From: Phaeosaccion multiseriatum
Taxonomy: Eukaryota; Protista; Ochrophyta, other classes
Length of the DNA: 64,000 nucleotides
Assembly (NCBI GenBank): GCA_965112735.1
Contig: OZ218954.1
Coordinates: 1,984,001 to 2,048,000 of the forward strand
Direction of reading: 5' to 3'
In this document: in pieces, positions 11,926-35,769 of the stretch
Numbering within the stretch: position 1 is the stretch's first letter
Layout of the letters: each line of letters begins with the position of its first letter
Notes under the pieces: model-generated
What the model was told of the DNA's origin: nothing
What the model saw: the letters and a program-made list of their open reading frames with translations, nothing else
The model's database searches: none
Program-made: the position numbers and the translations under genes

Positions 11926-12750
11926 GGGAAGAAGGGAAAGGACGTATGCGGCCGTGCCACACACCTGCTCCTCCGGACATTTGTGCCTTCGCCATGGCAT
12001 CCCGCAGCTGACGATTGAATTCATCCGCATCCTCCAAATTCATTTTGCTCAAGTCCAAGTCGACCCCGGGTCCATCAGCGCTCTTGCTGTTGCCTTCCTC
12101 CCCCCACCCCTCCGCTCGCCCTTCCTCTCCTCGCCTCCTCCGTCGGCCCCTTCTCTCTTCTTGAGGGGGAGGGGGAGGAGGAGGAGGAGGAGGAGGAGGA
12201 ATTCCAGCGCTGCTCTCCTCCGGGTCATTCATCTCAACGCTCTCTTCCCAACCATCATCACCACCACCACCACCACCACCACCACCACCACCTCCACTAC
12301 CGTCATCCTCGAGGAATACACTGGAGTTTCCTTGCCCTTCCTCTCCGTCCGCGCTGCTTGCACCATCGCTGCTACTAGAGCCCTCTCGGATGTCCTGGAC
12401 GTGTTTGTGCAGCTTCTCCCTATTGTATTTGCCGCCCCACAGCCCCGCAAATGCCCGCAGCTCCATCTGCTGTTGCGCTGGGCTCGGAGGCGCCACCAAG
12501 AGCGATTTGCAGGCGCGAAGGGCCTCTGAGGGAGGAGGGAGGGAGGGAGGGAGGGAAGGAGGGAGAGAAAGATAGCGAGAGAGTTGAGAGCAAGGGGGAA
12601 GGCAGCACCGATGGCAGGGTAGGAGTGAGGGAAAAGGGTAAGAGGAAAGGGGTAAGGAAGAGAAGGGAGGGAAGGAAAACGACGATGCCTCTCTTTCCAT
12701 GGCTCAGTGCAGGCATGCGATGAACAAGCACCACGAAGAGAGAGAGAGAG

Positions 12751-12810
<60 letters not shown>

Positions 12811-14882
12811 TAGAGTAGCTCGCTGGTGCCATTCTTTGGCCTCCTTGTTGTTCGTCTTCGTCATCACGCGCTTCCAGTTGTCTGACAAAGTCCAATGCCC
12901 ACCCTACACACCTGTTGAGCCGTTCAGTAAAAAAGGCTTGAGGAACTTTACTGCAGCCTTGAGGGTCTCTCCCGCCTTGGCCGGCATCTCCACCAGGCCA
13001 CTTTGGATGGCAATGTCTCCCTCCAGAGGCAACGAGCCGCACAACAGGGTCATGCTTGAGCGTCGATCGCAAATCTGAGAGAGACGGGCGGCGCCCCCCC
13101 AGCCTGGGCAGATGCCCATTTTGGTCTGGGGTGGGGAGGGGCGTGATGCGTTGTTGAGTGGTACGTTCCGTTTTTTTGGTTGTTGTTGTTGCGGGTGAGA
13201 GAAGAGAAGACAGAGCGTTAGAGAGAGAGAGAGGGTGTGGGGGAAGAGAGCAGGGTAGACTGAGGCTGAGGCTCTCTATCAAAGAATGCAAAGTGAGACA
13301 CCTTCCGCAGCAGGAGGGGAAGGCAGACAAAAAGAAGAAAAAACAAGACGTAATCAAGCACACGTCCTGTCCCACTCCTCCCTCCCTCTTTCTTGCCCTC
13401 AACCAACCTGTATAAAGTGAATGCGAGCGCCCTCCGCAAGCACACGGTAGTCAACTGCGGTGATGAGCTCCGCGCCTCCACCGATGGCCGAGCCCTCGAT
13501 GCAAGCGACGCTGACCATGGGCAAGCTAGTCCCAAGGACAAAGGGCAACGGACACAGGATGAAGGATGAAGGAGACGAGGGAGCAGCAGCGGGTATATCA
13601 AGGCGATGTGGTCAGCAACAACGAAAAGGGAACACAGTGAGAGAGAGAGAGACAGAGAGGGAGAGAGAGGGACAGAGAGATTGATAGAGATAGATAGAGA
13701 GAGAGCGAGGAAGACACAGGGACAGAGAGAGAGGGATAGAGAGAGAAAGAGAGAGGGAGAGAGGGAGAGAGAGAGTGGGACAGAGAGAGAGAGGGGGACA
13801 GAGAGAGAGAGAGAGACAGACAGACAGAGAGAGGAGGGAGACAGGCAGAAAGAGGCAGAAAGCCCTATCCAATTCTGCCCTGTCCTGTGCCGTGCTGCGC
13901 TGACCTCTTGAGCCTGTTGAGTGTGTCCGTCATGAGGCTACACATGAGGCGGCCGTCCTCAGAGGTTGTGAGGTGCAGCAGCGCCAGGTCCAAGTCAGCC
14001 CCGGAGCAGAACGACTGCTGCCCCTCGCTGCAGAGGAGAACCGCGCGGCCCTTGTCCCAGCCTTCCAGATGCGCGACGATGTCTGCCAGCTGCGCCATCA
14101 TGGCTCCGGACATAGCTGGAGGCAAGACGCCGGGGGGGGGAGGAGGACGGCATGCGTGGCCGTAAGAATCGAATGTAAAGAGCTATGGGGTGACAAGTGG
14201 TGGATCGAGAATCGTGGCTGGGGTTGAGAGACGGCCCAAAAGCATGCCTCCTGCCGGCATCATATACCACGCCCACTGTACTGTACCGTTGCGCTTGGCC
14301 TCGTTGCGCAGAGTGATCCTGGCCAGCCCGGTCTTGTCATCCTTCTCTACCTGCACCCATCCCGGCCCCAGCGGCCGCAGCCTCTCCTTGAAGGCCGCCA
14401 GCTCCGCCTCCGTCGCGAATGCCACTTCGCCCCCTCCTCCTGCTCCTTCTCTGTCCGCTTCGTCGCATGGGCTGTTTGGCAGGGTACTTAAATGCCTACA
14501 GGGCGTAGTGAGGTGGGTTTGGGGGCGTATGCAACCAGCTAGACCCCATGCGTGCGGTCTCCTCGTGTAGTGGTTGTTTCGTTCTTGAGGCTGCCATTGC
14601 TGCTGAGAGCCACCCACCCCAGACACTGCCCGGGCGACCGCGGATCTGCTTCCACACATACGAACACACACACGCATACATGTATAAGTATGGGAAAGAG
14701 CCGGAGAACATAAGCTTTGGTCCTTCTTACCTCGGGGGTAGTTGCTGCGGCTCCTGCGGCTGCTGCTGCTGGGGCAGACAGGGCCTGGGGGAGCAAAAAT
14801 CCCTCCCTCTCCTTCCGCTGGTTCGGAGTTGGGCAGAGCTACCGCTGCTGCCACCTCCGCGGTGTCGCAAGCGCGCTAGCAT
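11527..14882 (-). CDS. ECHDC1: Crotonase-superfamily enzyme, ethylmalonyl-CoA decarboxylase (ECHDC1)-like, probable mitochondrial presequence; 3' end approximate
   Basis: Exons encode LARITLRNEAKRN|AMSGAMMAQL...SFCSGADL...LMTDTLNRLKR|LPMVSVACIEGSAIGGGAELITAVDYR...|KMGICPGWGGAARL...|EALRACK...ELRAFAGLWGGKYN. The N-terminus MLARLRHR (ATG 14882) is Arg/Ser-rich. Confidence 0.8.
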
Positions 14883-15263
14883 AGGTAACTGGAGTACCCG
14901 GGTAGAGGAGGATCACTTCCTTGGCCGCGGGTGCCGATTGTGGACTGTGGACCCAAAAGAAGTTCGTGTGTTGTGCTCCAGGAATCACATCTGGCTTCAC
15001 GCTTTTTTCTTTTCTTCTTAATTCTCAATGCTTGTTGCCCCGAGCCTGGCCCCTTTTTCGACTGCGAGGAATACCACCACCCTAAGACCCTGCCCCTTTA
15101 AAAGCAGCAGCAGAAGGAGCACCCACTAGTAGGTCGTCTTGCCCCTGAAAAAGAGGCTGCGATGATCCCGTGATACTTGAGATTTAGCGAGAGCGCCGGG
15201 GTCTCCATGTAGTCGCCTCATTTCGTACGGAAGAGGGGCATAGGGACCAGCGGAAGAGCACCA

Positions 15264-16144
15264 ATGGGCCACTCGTTCTTGCTGGTCGTTATTTTCATCG
15301 CAGCGTGCTCACTTTCTGCTGCTGCGCACTATACCGTGCCGATTGGGCCAAGCCCAACAGCAGCGAGAGGCGATGCTCTCACAGGTGCCAAGAGAGCAGC
15401 TGCACCAGGAACACGGGGGTGGTTGGCTAAACGTAACGTGAACACGATGTTCCCACGGCCTCTTGTCAAGGCCTTGGTGCAGTTGACTGTGACGTCTCCG
15501 GCGGAGTCTGATGAGTGGAATGTGTCTCACGACAAGACCATAAAGTGGGAAAAGAGGTCCGGTGGGACCTGGCCGGGCGAAGTGGACTTGATGCTCTGCT
15601 CGTTGGCAAGACGGACCGACAAAGCGAGCGATGAGTGTCTGGAGATAGTTAGAGGGATAGAGGTGAGGATGGGGTGGGGAGGAAGAAGGAGAGAGGGGGC
15701 GGGGGGGCGAATGAGAGCAAGGGAAGAGGGGAAACGCTCTGAGGAAAGAGCGGGGAGAGCTGACAATAGAAACGTGCCGAAGGGCTTGGTGGAGCTTCGG
15801 GTCTCCACGTGGATTGCCTCGCCCCCCCAAGCCCTCCAAGTTGTCGCGCCCAACCACCCATCTTCCTTCTCTGTCCTCTTTTTCCCTCCCACGACTGCAG
15901 GCCGTGGCCCGGCGGTACGACAACTGGGATGCGATTGATACGCTGGAGCGAGAAGAGGCCACAGACGGCGCGCTCCGTGCATTGGACGATTTAAGCGGGT
16001 AAGAAGAGGAGCAGGATCGGAGCAGAAAGCGTCTTCCCTTACTTCAGTGTGTGCGTGCGTGCGTGCTTGCATGTGGGCGTGTATGTCGAGAGAGAGGAGG
16101 GCAGAAGGGAGTCCTCCACCGGCTGGTAGAGCAGGCTTTGCTGC

Positions 16145-16178
<34 letters not shown>

Positions 16179-16428
16179 GCTGCTTCCTCTCCATGCTTAC
16201 TCAGCTCATCGCCGCGGCGGGAGGTTGTCCGTCTGTTGCGGCTTGCGTTGGAGGTGGAACACTCTTGTCATCCTTTGAAGCTTTCGTGGGCGGGTACTGA
16301 TGCGGCTCTCTTTCTCCGTTTCCTTCCCCTTTTCCGTCTCTCTTTTCTGTCTCTCTGTCTGTCTCCCTCTTCCTCTCTCTCTGTCTGTCTCTCTGTCTGT
16401 GTCTGTCCGTCTCTCTCCCTCTCTTCTC

Positions 16429-16470
<42 letters not shown>

Positions 16471-17767
16471 CTTGTCTCTCTCCCTCTCTGTCCCTGCCCG
16501 ACCTCCCCAATTTGCAGCGTCGTGTTTAGTATACGTATTCAAGACTCCGAAACGGCAGAGGTGTACGGGGAATCGGGTCAATTCACCCTGTACGACGAAA
16601 CGTGAGTGGGCATTTTTTGGGTCTCTGCCATCCTTGCTTGGGCACTGCCGTTACTCGGCCTTGCGACTAGATACCTTCTTGCGTGCCCAGTACCGCCCTT
16701 GCTTGCTTGAAGGCGAGTACCGCTTAACCTCGTGCTCCCGCCCCTTTGGCCACTGCTCCTCCTTCCACCCTCTCATCGTGCCCTCCTGTCGTCTGTCAGG
16801 ACTGCCTTGGGGGAATCAAGCTTAAAGGCCAAGTAAGTGAAGTGATGCCACCCAAAAGCGGCCAAAGGTCCAGAGCTGTACTGAATATTCGGTCTCTCGC
16901 TCTCTCTCTCGCCGTCCATATCACACGCACGCCATTCCATTCCCTCGTCGGTGCTTGTACTGCCTTGGTCCGCCGGGCGGCTCGCCGACTCTCGAGCCGA
17001 TCCGCTCCTACCCCACGTTCCCGTTAAACCCCTTTCTCGCGCCCCCTCCCTTCTAAGGATTGTCGATTATATAGGCCTATTCATCTTCCTTCTCGTCTTT
17101 GTGGCCTGCCTGGGCTTCGCTACTCTGGCCTTTTGTAACAACCTTGGTCGAGACATGGATGACGATGATGACGAGAATGTGAGTCGGTCAAATCAGGACA
17201 TATAACGGCAACAAACGACTCGTCCATCTGGGTCTCTATCCGTACATACCCCCGCTCACCAGCCTCGAATGTGATCCCCTTCAATTAGAAACAGAGAGAA
17301 GTGGGGTACGCACGCACACACGCCCCCCCCCCCCTCCCCCGCCCCCACAGTCTCTGACCGTTCGCATCGCTGTGCTTTTTCCTCCTCCACCATGATATTT
17401 TCTAGTTGCTTCAATGACTTGCCTTCCTCCGAGCTCAAAAGCTGTACTTTACGCCCCCTCCCCCTCTCAATCACTGTCTCGCTGGTGATTGCCCACCGCG
17501 CTTTGCCCGCACTTTTCCGTTCTCTTCGGTTTTCGTGTTGGCTTGTCTTCTCTTTTCGGTTTCCAGATCGACGACTTCGAAGAGATACCAAAGGCCATGG
17601 CAGAGGCGTACTCCATAAAGATGACGAAATGTCAGCGACAGACGGTGGGTGAGGCAGGCTGGCCCGATGGAATCGGCTATGGCGGTGTCAAAGAAGGGAC
17701 AAAAAGTGTGACTGACCACTTGTGGCTGGCAGACACACAAACAGGCAGGCACGCACACGGACTGCCT

Positions 17768-17807
<40 letters not shown>

Positions 17808-18130
17808 AACAGACAAGACACTACAATCAAACAATCATACTTGCTTCTGACTCATACACCCCACTCACTTCATCAACACACCGAACGGCGGGGAGTAGCG
17901 CATATGGCGCGGAGTATTCGAAGTGTTCCTGGACCGTTCCGTTTTCCCGTTCGGCAGGCACACTCTCACTTGACTGCCGACCGTCCTTTGACGCACTCCT
18001 CTGCTGGGTTCTCTGACCTCTGACCTGCCCCTCGCCCCAAGGTGGTGTTGCCCGCGGAGGCGAGTCGTGCCAAGCCTCCCGCTTCAGCCTCGCTGACACC
18101 CGCAGCGTCGCCGACAGCACGAGAGGGAGT

Positions 18131-18162
<32 letters not shown>

Positions 18163-18205
18163 GAGTTGCAAGAGGTGCAGGAGGTGCAGCAGCATCAGCA
18201 GAAGG

Positions 18206-18244
<39 letters not shown>

Positions 18245-19227
18245 TGGGAAACAAGACGGACAGCTGCCCGGTGCTGGTGTAGTAGCCCTAACAGCGCTGC
18301 AAGAGGAGGATAAGGAGGAGGGTGAGGAAGAGAGGAAGGAGGAGCAGGTGGTTGAGCTGCAGCCTGGTCACGAGCTGTACGGCCCGGACCGGTCGCCATT
18401 TGGGCCGACTCCGGCATGCGTGCCAGCCGCTGCAGGAGCCGTAGCGGGGGCTGTGGCGGGTGGCGCGGCAGGGGGGGAAGGGGCGACAGCTCGGGGCGTA
18501 ACACCCTGGAGTGATGCTTCGTCCTTCGAGGACCGGAGGGAGGACAGTGTGACCAACCCGATGGCTCCCACTGGCTCTGGCGCCCTCCGACTGGCGGCCG
18601 AGGTGCTCACACCCTCCAGCGCCTTGCAGGTGAGGATGCATGCCACACGGCCAAGGAAGGTTATGTAAGGTTATGTGAGCTGTACAAGACCGCTGCTGCT
18701 TCTTGTTTCTTCTTCCCGCAAGAGGCATTCCTCGTGTGACATGTTTGACACGTGAGCCGTGACTGACTCACTTGCTTTGGGCCCCCACCCCCACCCTCAA
18801 CCCCACCTCCGCCTCCGCCCTCGTCAGCCAACCTCGTGCTCCTTGTTCTGTGCCTTGTCCCGTCCGTTGCCGTCCTTCCTGTTCTGTCCTGTTCTGTCCC
18901 CCCCTCGATGTCATGTACATCTATGCGGTTGCAGACCCCCAGCAGGAAGGACGTCTTCTTCATCGACGTGGAGGCGTCCGCCCTCAGTCCCATGGTGGGG
19001 GGTGTGGCAGTGGCCAAGTGAGTAGTGAGTATATCCCCCAACTTTGCCTGTCAGTTGAATGAGCAATCCCTGTCCCTTCCCTCCCGTGCTGTTGGCAGTT
19101 GTGATGGAGTGAGTTGGAGCTTAGTTGTCTTGTTGCCTCTTCGATTCATTCCTTGCCTTGCGGAGGCGTCGCATGAGTAGGCGAGGAGGTATAGACGCGT
19201 AGGCACCGTGATGCTCGCTCACTGATA

Positions 19228-19262
<35 letters not shown>

Positions 19263-19828
19263 GCCTGTCTGTCTGCCTGTCTGTCTGTCTGCTTGCCTAT
19301 CTCTGTCTATCTCTGTCTGTCTCTCTTACCTCTGTCTGCTCCGACCGATTGAGAACGTTCAGAACGTGGAGGGGAGAATTCGCACACGATTTATTCTTTG
19401 GCGCAGACGGCCTCGTGCTGCCGGCCCCTCCAGAAGACGACGATGATTATGACTACGACGATCGAGAGGAAGGGGGGGATGAGGAGAGCGGCGGCAGGGG
19501 GCGGCGAAGACGGAGTGTCAGAGGGAGGCGGCGAACAATCTCGACTGTGCTATCAAGACGAACCAGTAATGACCTGGAAAGGGGTGATGAGGGAGGAGGA
19601 CAAGAACAAGTAGGCCAGTCGAGAGGTCGGGGGCGATTGGCTGCCTTGGGGAGGAGGAGTCGGAGTGCTGCTTATTCTGCAAGGCGAGGTTCCGCGACGG
19701 TGCGGGATGTGGCACGGCCAGGGCGTGAGGAGGAGCAGGAGGAGGAAGAGGAGAAAGAGGAGAGGGGGGTGGAGAGAGGGGGGGCTTCGGCAGCGAGCCG
19801 CTCTTCTACGGCTGTGGGGGGGATCTAG
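15264..19828 (+). CDS. Type I membrane protein of unknown function: signal peptide, small Ig-like/Kre9-type ectodomain, one TM, long low-complexity cytoplasmic tail (multi-exon)
   Basis: Signal peptide MGHSFLLVVIFIAACSLSAAA; VTSPAESDEWNV...TIKWE...SIRIQDSE...YGESGQF ectodomain pattern; TM IGLFIFLLVFVACLGFATLAFC (~17070-17135). Further GT-AG bounded exons near 17568-17644, 18042-18629, 18934-19018 and 19355-19828. Linkage of the exons is inferred. Confidence 0.6.
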
Positions 19829-20018
19829 GGGGCGTGCCGCGGAGAAGACTCCTACCATTATGGATGACTGATTCCCGCGTTGGTGATCTTCTTTCACAGA
19901 AATGAATATTACTTTATTCCGAGTCGCGTCCTAGCATTGGCATTCTGATCGTCGTGCAGCTTCCCCCCTCGCAAGCAGCAGTCCCTGCACGTCTCTCTCT
20001 TCTTTCTTTTTTTTTGAG

Positions 20019-22078
20019 ATGAGACTTTGGCTGCTGGGCCTGCTACTGTGCCTCATTCTCGTCGGTGCTGCAGTGCTCCTCATCCAGCCGTGGGAGGGGT
20101 GGTGGTTGGATACAGAAGGCACCAGCTCCAGCTTCACGCCGCCAACTTTGTCTCTTTGGGGCGCAGGGTTCAATCTGCCGAGGTGTGCGTTGGAGGAGAA
20201 GGACCACGGCCCCTATTACCCCTACGTAAAGCCCCCCTTAAAGAGACGTGCGGGGACTGCTGCTTGCGAGGGGGGAAGCTGCAAGACGATCAGTGTGGAT
20301 AGGCTGAAGGAGGGCAATGCTCCATGTCTGACCTCGGACGCGACTCGAGTAACTTGGCACCACGACGCCGCCCCTACCCGTGACCATCTCTACGACGAGG
20401 TGAGCAGAGGAAGGGTGGGAGCTGGATAATGATACATATGTTGAACGCACGACTCGTCGTCCCGCAGATGCGAAACCACACAACTTTCTCGTTCAGCCGA
20501 GAAGACTGCTGCGGCACCGTGCCCAGAGGAGAGGCCGTGTCGCTCTTGGAGGGAGACTGCATTCTGCTGATTGGGGACTCCACCACTCGGCGCCTGGCTG
20601 CCTACCTCGCGGCCTTTGTATCTGGTGTAACGGACCACTTCACCAACACCGAAACCTTGAGGGGCAAGCACACCGAAGTGTCGTGGAAAGGGGCGTTTCG
20701 CTGGCTCTACCCCTTCCACTTCCCCAGTGCCATTGACTGTATTGACTTTCAATGGGCACCCAAGATACCTGATCTGCAGCGTGCTCTGCTGGACGAACCC
20801 TTTCTCAAGGCAAGCCAGCGACGAGGGGGGGGGGGGGGGTGCGTCCGAAGGCGCTGGTCAGGCTTCCATTCACACCCTACCACTATTGTTTTGTGTTTGT
20901 GTGCATGTAAGAGAGAGGGTCGTGTGTGTGTGTGTGAGGGGAAGGAAAAAAACAGACAGCCCTAAGCTCGACTGCTTTCCCCTGACGATGCGGGTTACCA
21001 ACACCATGTACGGGCCGAAGCACTCGCCCGCTCACTCCCCCCCCCCCGCCCCTCCCCCGTGCCTGCGAACATGCGACATATCCATATGACTGCCGTGTAG
21101 AAGTGGGCTGAAAACAAATACTCCATCGTGGTGTTTGGAGCGGGGCCCCACCACAGAGGAGAGATTCTTTCTGACCTCGAGAAGGCTCTCCGGCAGCTGC
21201 TGGGTACTGTGCTGATAGCTCTGCACACAGGAGGCAGCAGTGACAGTGGCAGTGGTAGTGGTAGTGGTAGTGGCAGCGGTGGCGGCGCTTCGCCTCCACC
21301 ACAGGGGGGGGGGGGCGCCGAGAATGAGGGTAACAGCAACAACAAGAACGACAACAAGAAGAGATCGCCCTTGCTTTTGTGGAGAAACGCGGGCTGCGGC
21401 GATACTGCCTACGACTGGGACCACCAATGGGCGTCCGTCTCGCGTTGTGTGCTCGAAGAGGCGATGCAACGCGTCAACACGCGACGGAAAAGTAATGACA
21501 GCATGGGGCAGCAGAGCAAGAAGGAGGGTGGCAGCCGGGGGAGGAAGCGTCGGCGGATTGGGGCAGCTACAGAGGCAGCAGCAGCAGTTGGTGATCCGGC
21601 AGGAGAAGCACCAGCAGCACCCAGTAATAGTGGTCATAATCTCTATAGGTTGCGGACATCATCGGTAGGAGGAGGAAGAGGAGGAGGAGGAGGAGGAGGA
21701 GGAGGAGGAGGAGGAGGAGGAGGAGGAGGAGGAGGAGGAGAGGGAGAGAGAGTAGGAGAAAGGCAAAGAGGAGAGTTAGAATTCATGGACAGCCGGCCCC
21801 TCACAGGATTCAAGGGCAGCAGCAGCAGTGGCAGCAGCGAAGCCGATGCGACTGCCAACCGAAGGCAAGCGAGCAGCAGGAGCAGAGAGGCCCAGTCTCC
21901 GCTCCCCTCTGTCCCCTGTCTGGGCTTCATCGACCACTACGAGCTGCTGCAGGGCGTGAGCTTTGGAGCACAGCGCAATGAAGGTGACACGGGCTCTCAT
22001 TTCGGAGAGGGGGCGCTGAGGGCCGAGGTGCAAGCGTTGCTCAACCACCTGCGGCTGCACAGGGCGGCGGTTACATAA
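20019..22078 (+). CDS. SGNH/GDSL-like acyl-esterase or O-acetyltransferase (PC-esterase/TBL-like), N-terminal anchor; exons 20019-20399, 20468-20809, 21101-22078
   Basis: N-terminal hydrophobic segment; ILLIGDSTTRR (GDS nucleophile motif), IVVFGAGPH, LLLWRN, and C-terminal GDTGSHF...VQALLNHL (D..H motif). Confidence 0.7.
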
Positions 22079-22317
22079 GAACGGCACTAGGTCGGTCTTT
22101 GTGTTGGCAGTGCGGGCAGGCCGGCAGGGAGAGAGAGGAAGGTAGGTGGGTTAATTCTCTCTCTCTCTCTCTCTACGACTTGCCAACGGAGGTTTTGTTT
22201 CGGGACTCACAACTGGCACAGCACGGAACCGCCCCTGATGAAAGCAAGCCACAAGTCACACATGCAACAGCCGATGACCCCCTAACTCATTTTTTCATTT
22301 TCAATTTAGTTCTTTAA

Positions 22318-22579
22318 CACTCGAGTTGCGTACTGTACAGTAAAAATCGCCCAAATCGCCTGAAGTAAAGTTTTTGGACACATGCAGCAAAATGACGCTG
22401 GGAGAAGCGCTATAGCTCTTCGTGTAGCTCATCGAGATGCCTATCGATCCATAGTCTTTCGGCTTTCATCGCTTTTTCCCTTCCCTGCTTGTCAGCACTC
22501 CTGCACGAGCACTCCCGCTTGCCGCCCGATCGATCTCTAAAAAACGGGCGATTTGGCCGATTCTTACACAAATCGAGTG
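22318..22579. mobile_element. MITE copy 2 (~262 bp) with TTAA target-site duplication (piggyBac/Kolobok/Sola-like target)
   Basis: TTAA(22314-22317)-CACTCGA...TCGAGTG-TTAA(22580-22583). Internal homology to 10719-10950. Confidence 0.9.
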
Positions 22580-22689
22580 TTAATTTTTTAATATGAAAAA
22601 ATGTTAGAAGAATGTGTATGTACACACTATGTACACAGAGCGCGAAACCACTCCCAGAGGCCAGAGGGCCAGAGGGTAGCGCCAAGAGA

Positions 22690-33476
<10,787 letters not shown>

Positions 33477-34909
33477 CTCCTCTCTCCTACACGCGGAGGA
33501 TCAAGTCTACAGTCTAGTGTGTCTCGTACCATTCTCCTCTTCCCAAGGCTTATATACATCGAAAAAGGGAGGGAGGGGATCGGGGGAAGAGTAGTTGGAA
33601 AATTTTTGGGGACGTTCGCCTGTTGGTGGTACGCCACCGAGGAGAGGCCTTCCTCCCCACAAAATAAACAAAGCACAGCAGCAGTACTGAGGAGATGAAC
33701 TCACTCAAGAAGCAGGTTAGGTTCCCTTTCACAGACTCATTCATCTCTGCCTTCTAGTTTGGTCGTTCACTGCTCCCTCTCCTGACATCTTACCCATTTC
33801 TCTCCCGCTGCTCCGTCCCGCCCCTCTCTGCAGAGGTCCTACTGCCCCAGCGAAGCGAAGGATGCTGCTGGTACTGCCGGGGGGGCTGGGGGACTTCCCT
33901 CCGACGAGCGTATGGCAACCCTCCGCTTGGAGGCGAAGGTGAGGATTTGGCACAGAAAAGAAGACGGCGGCTCTCCAAGTTTGGCGAAGAGCTCACTCTC
34001 AGCAACCCAGCATCAGTGATGCTTGGGACACACAGCAACAGGTCTGATCGACTCTACAGGCTCTCTCATGTACTTGCTCCGCTGCTGGTTCTCCTCTCTT
34101 CGTTCAAAACCCATCACCAGGCGGACCTGCGCACCTCCGCTGCTGCAGGAGGAGAAGGGGGAGGGGAGTCATGGGCCCTGATGGGTTTGTCCCAGTGGCG
34201 GAGCGCCGATCCTGTCCTCCAGACGAGGGAAGGCGCGCTGATGGTCAAGCAGAGGCAAAGAGAGGCGCGGAGGGCCATGCTGGCGCATCAGCAGCGGCAG
34301 GAGCAGCGACAGAAGCAGCAACAACTACATCAGTTACCTCAAGGAAAGTGCCAAGAGTCGCAGCAGCCACAGCAAGAGCAAAAACATCAAGAAGACGTCT
34401 ACATGTGACGCTGTGTGGATAGGCGCTGCCGTCCGGCTGCTTGAATGGATCCATCACGAGCGTAGCGTGGGAATGAATGAACGATCAGTGAGATAGTGAT
34501 CAGAAGCCCCCTTGGAGGTGCGGCTAAATTGGCCGCAGGAGACGAGCGGGTGGGAGGCAAATCTCCCGCCGCTTTTCTTCGGCCCTCAAAACCCAGGCTC
34601 GGTGCCCTGCTTTTGCGGACGGTCTTTGCTCTCTCTGGCCTTTGCTGGCGGCGACCGGCAGAGAGGACACGGAGAGGGATTAACCATGCCAAGTGCAAGA
34701 AGTGTGTCGACCATCGCAGCGAGGAGGGGGGGCGGGGCGATCCACCCCAAGGCCTGCGCAATGCTCATCACTACAAGGCCCAGGCCCAGCCGTGCTCGCA
34801 GGTCTACCGTCCCCGACAAGCGGCAGCGACAGCTTCCCCTCGCTCCTTTCCAGGGTCTTTCCAATGTTGGCCCAAGCTCTTCCATGCGCCTGCGCCGCTC
34901 ACTGCCGGT

Positions 34910-35156
34910 GGTGCAAGTGATTGGTATGATGGTGGGCGTGCATATCGTCGAAGCGTACCTGCTGAACCCGCAACAGATCTACAGCTTCATGCTCAAGCCG
35001 AGCCCCATCTACGTGCTGCTGGTGCTGTACATTGCCGAGCACGCGGTGGGCGTCCAGGGGTTGCTCATCGCCGTGCCGCTGGCCGTGTACATGGCCAAGA
35101 CGCTGGTGGGCAACGAGGAGCTGAGCAAGGACCAGGTCACACCGCAGCTCGAGTGA
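34910..35156 (+). pseudogene. C-terminal fragment of an AI-2E (PerM)-family transporter
   Basis: VHIVEAYLLNPQQIYSFMLKPSPIYVLLVLYIAEHAVGVQGLLIAVPLAV matches the AI-2E C-terminal signature (E.Y.L.P.I....L..P..VL.......G..GLL.AVP). The N-terminal TM helices are not recognisable upstream. Confidence 0.6.
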
Positions 35157-35544
35157 ATGGGGGTGCGCGAGCAGGGAGGGCGTGGGGAGGTCTGAGGCTT
35201 GAGGGCTTGTGGATGACCCCACGGACCCGGCTGGAGGAGTGGTAGTGAGCTTTGTCCTCTCTTGGGGAAAGAGCATGGCACGGCCGAGGAAAGCCGGAGC
35301 TGACAAGTAGGGGGGAGGGTGCCTGGGCTGTGCGGTGAGCGGCAGTAGGAAGGTAAAGATGGCGAATATAGAGGAAACAAGGCGCACTGCCCACGAAATA
35401 CATACATTTGTTCCTATTCGTAACTCATGTGCAATGACGTGTGTTTCATGTCAGCGAGCCAACACTTGAGGCTGCTGCGCAGACCACGCAACTCCAGCAG
35501 CCCGCCTCCTGCCTGCCGCCCCGCCTCCAGCCCCCCTCAGCCCC

Positions 35545-35645
35545 CGCCTCGTACCCTATCCCTGAGGCCTTGCTAGCTCGGAGCAGGGAGACGCCTCGTA
35601 CCCTATCCCTGAGGCCTTGCTAGCTCGGAGCAGGGAGGCGCCTCG
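35545..35645. repeat. ~47-bp direct repeat x2
   Basis: GCCTCGTACCCTATCCCTGAGGCCTTGCTAGCTCGGAGCAGGGAG duplicated in tandem. Confidence 0.9.
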
Positions 35646-35769
35646 CTGGTAACGTTCAGCGTGAGAGTGCCGCTCGTAGGGTGCCGCTCGTCCCCGGGCG
35701 CTGCACTGTGAAGACTAAGCATCTGCCGAGCTCGAAGCCCACTCGGTGAATCACATGCTCCCTGCCTCA

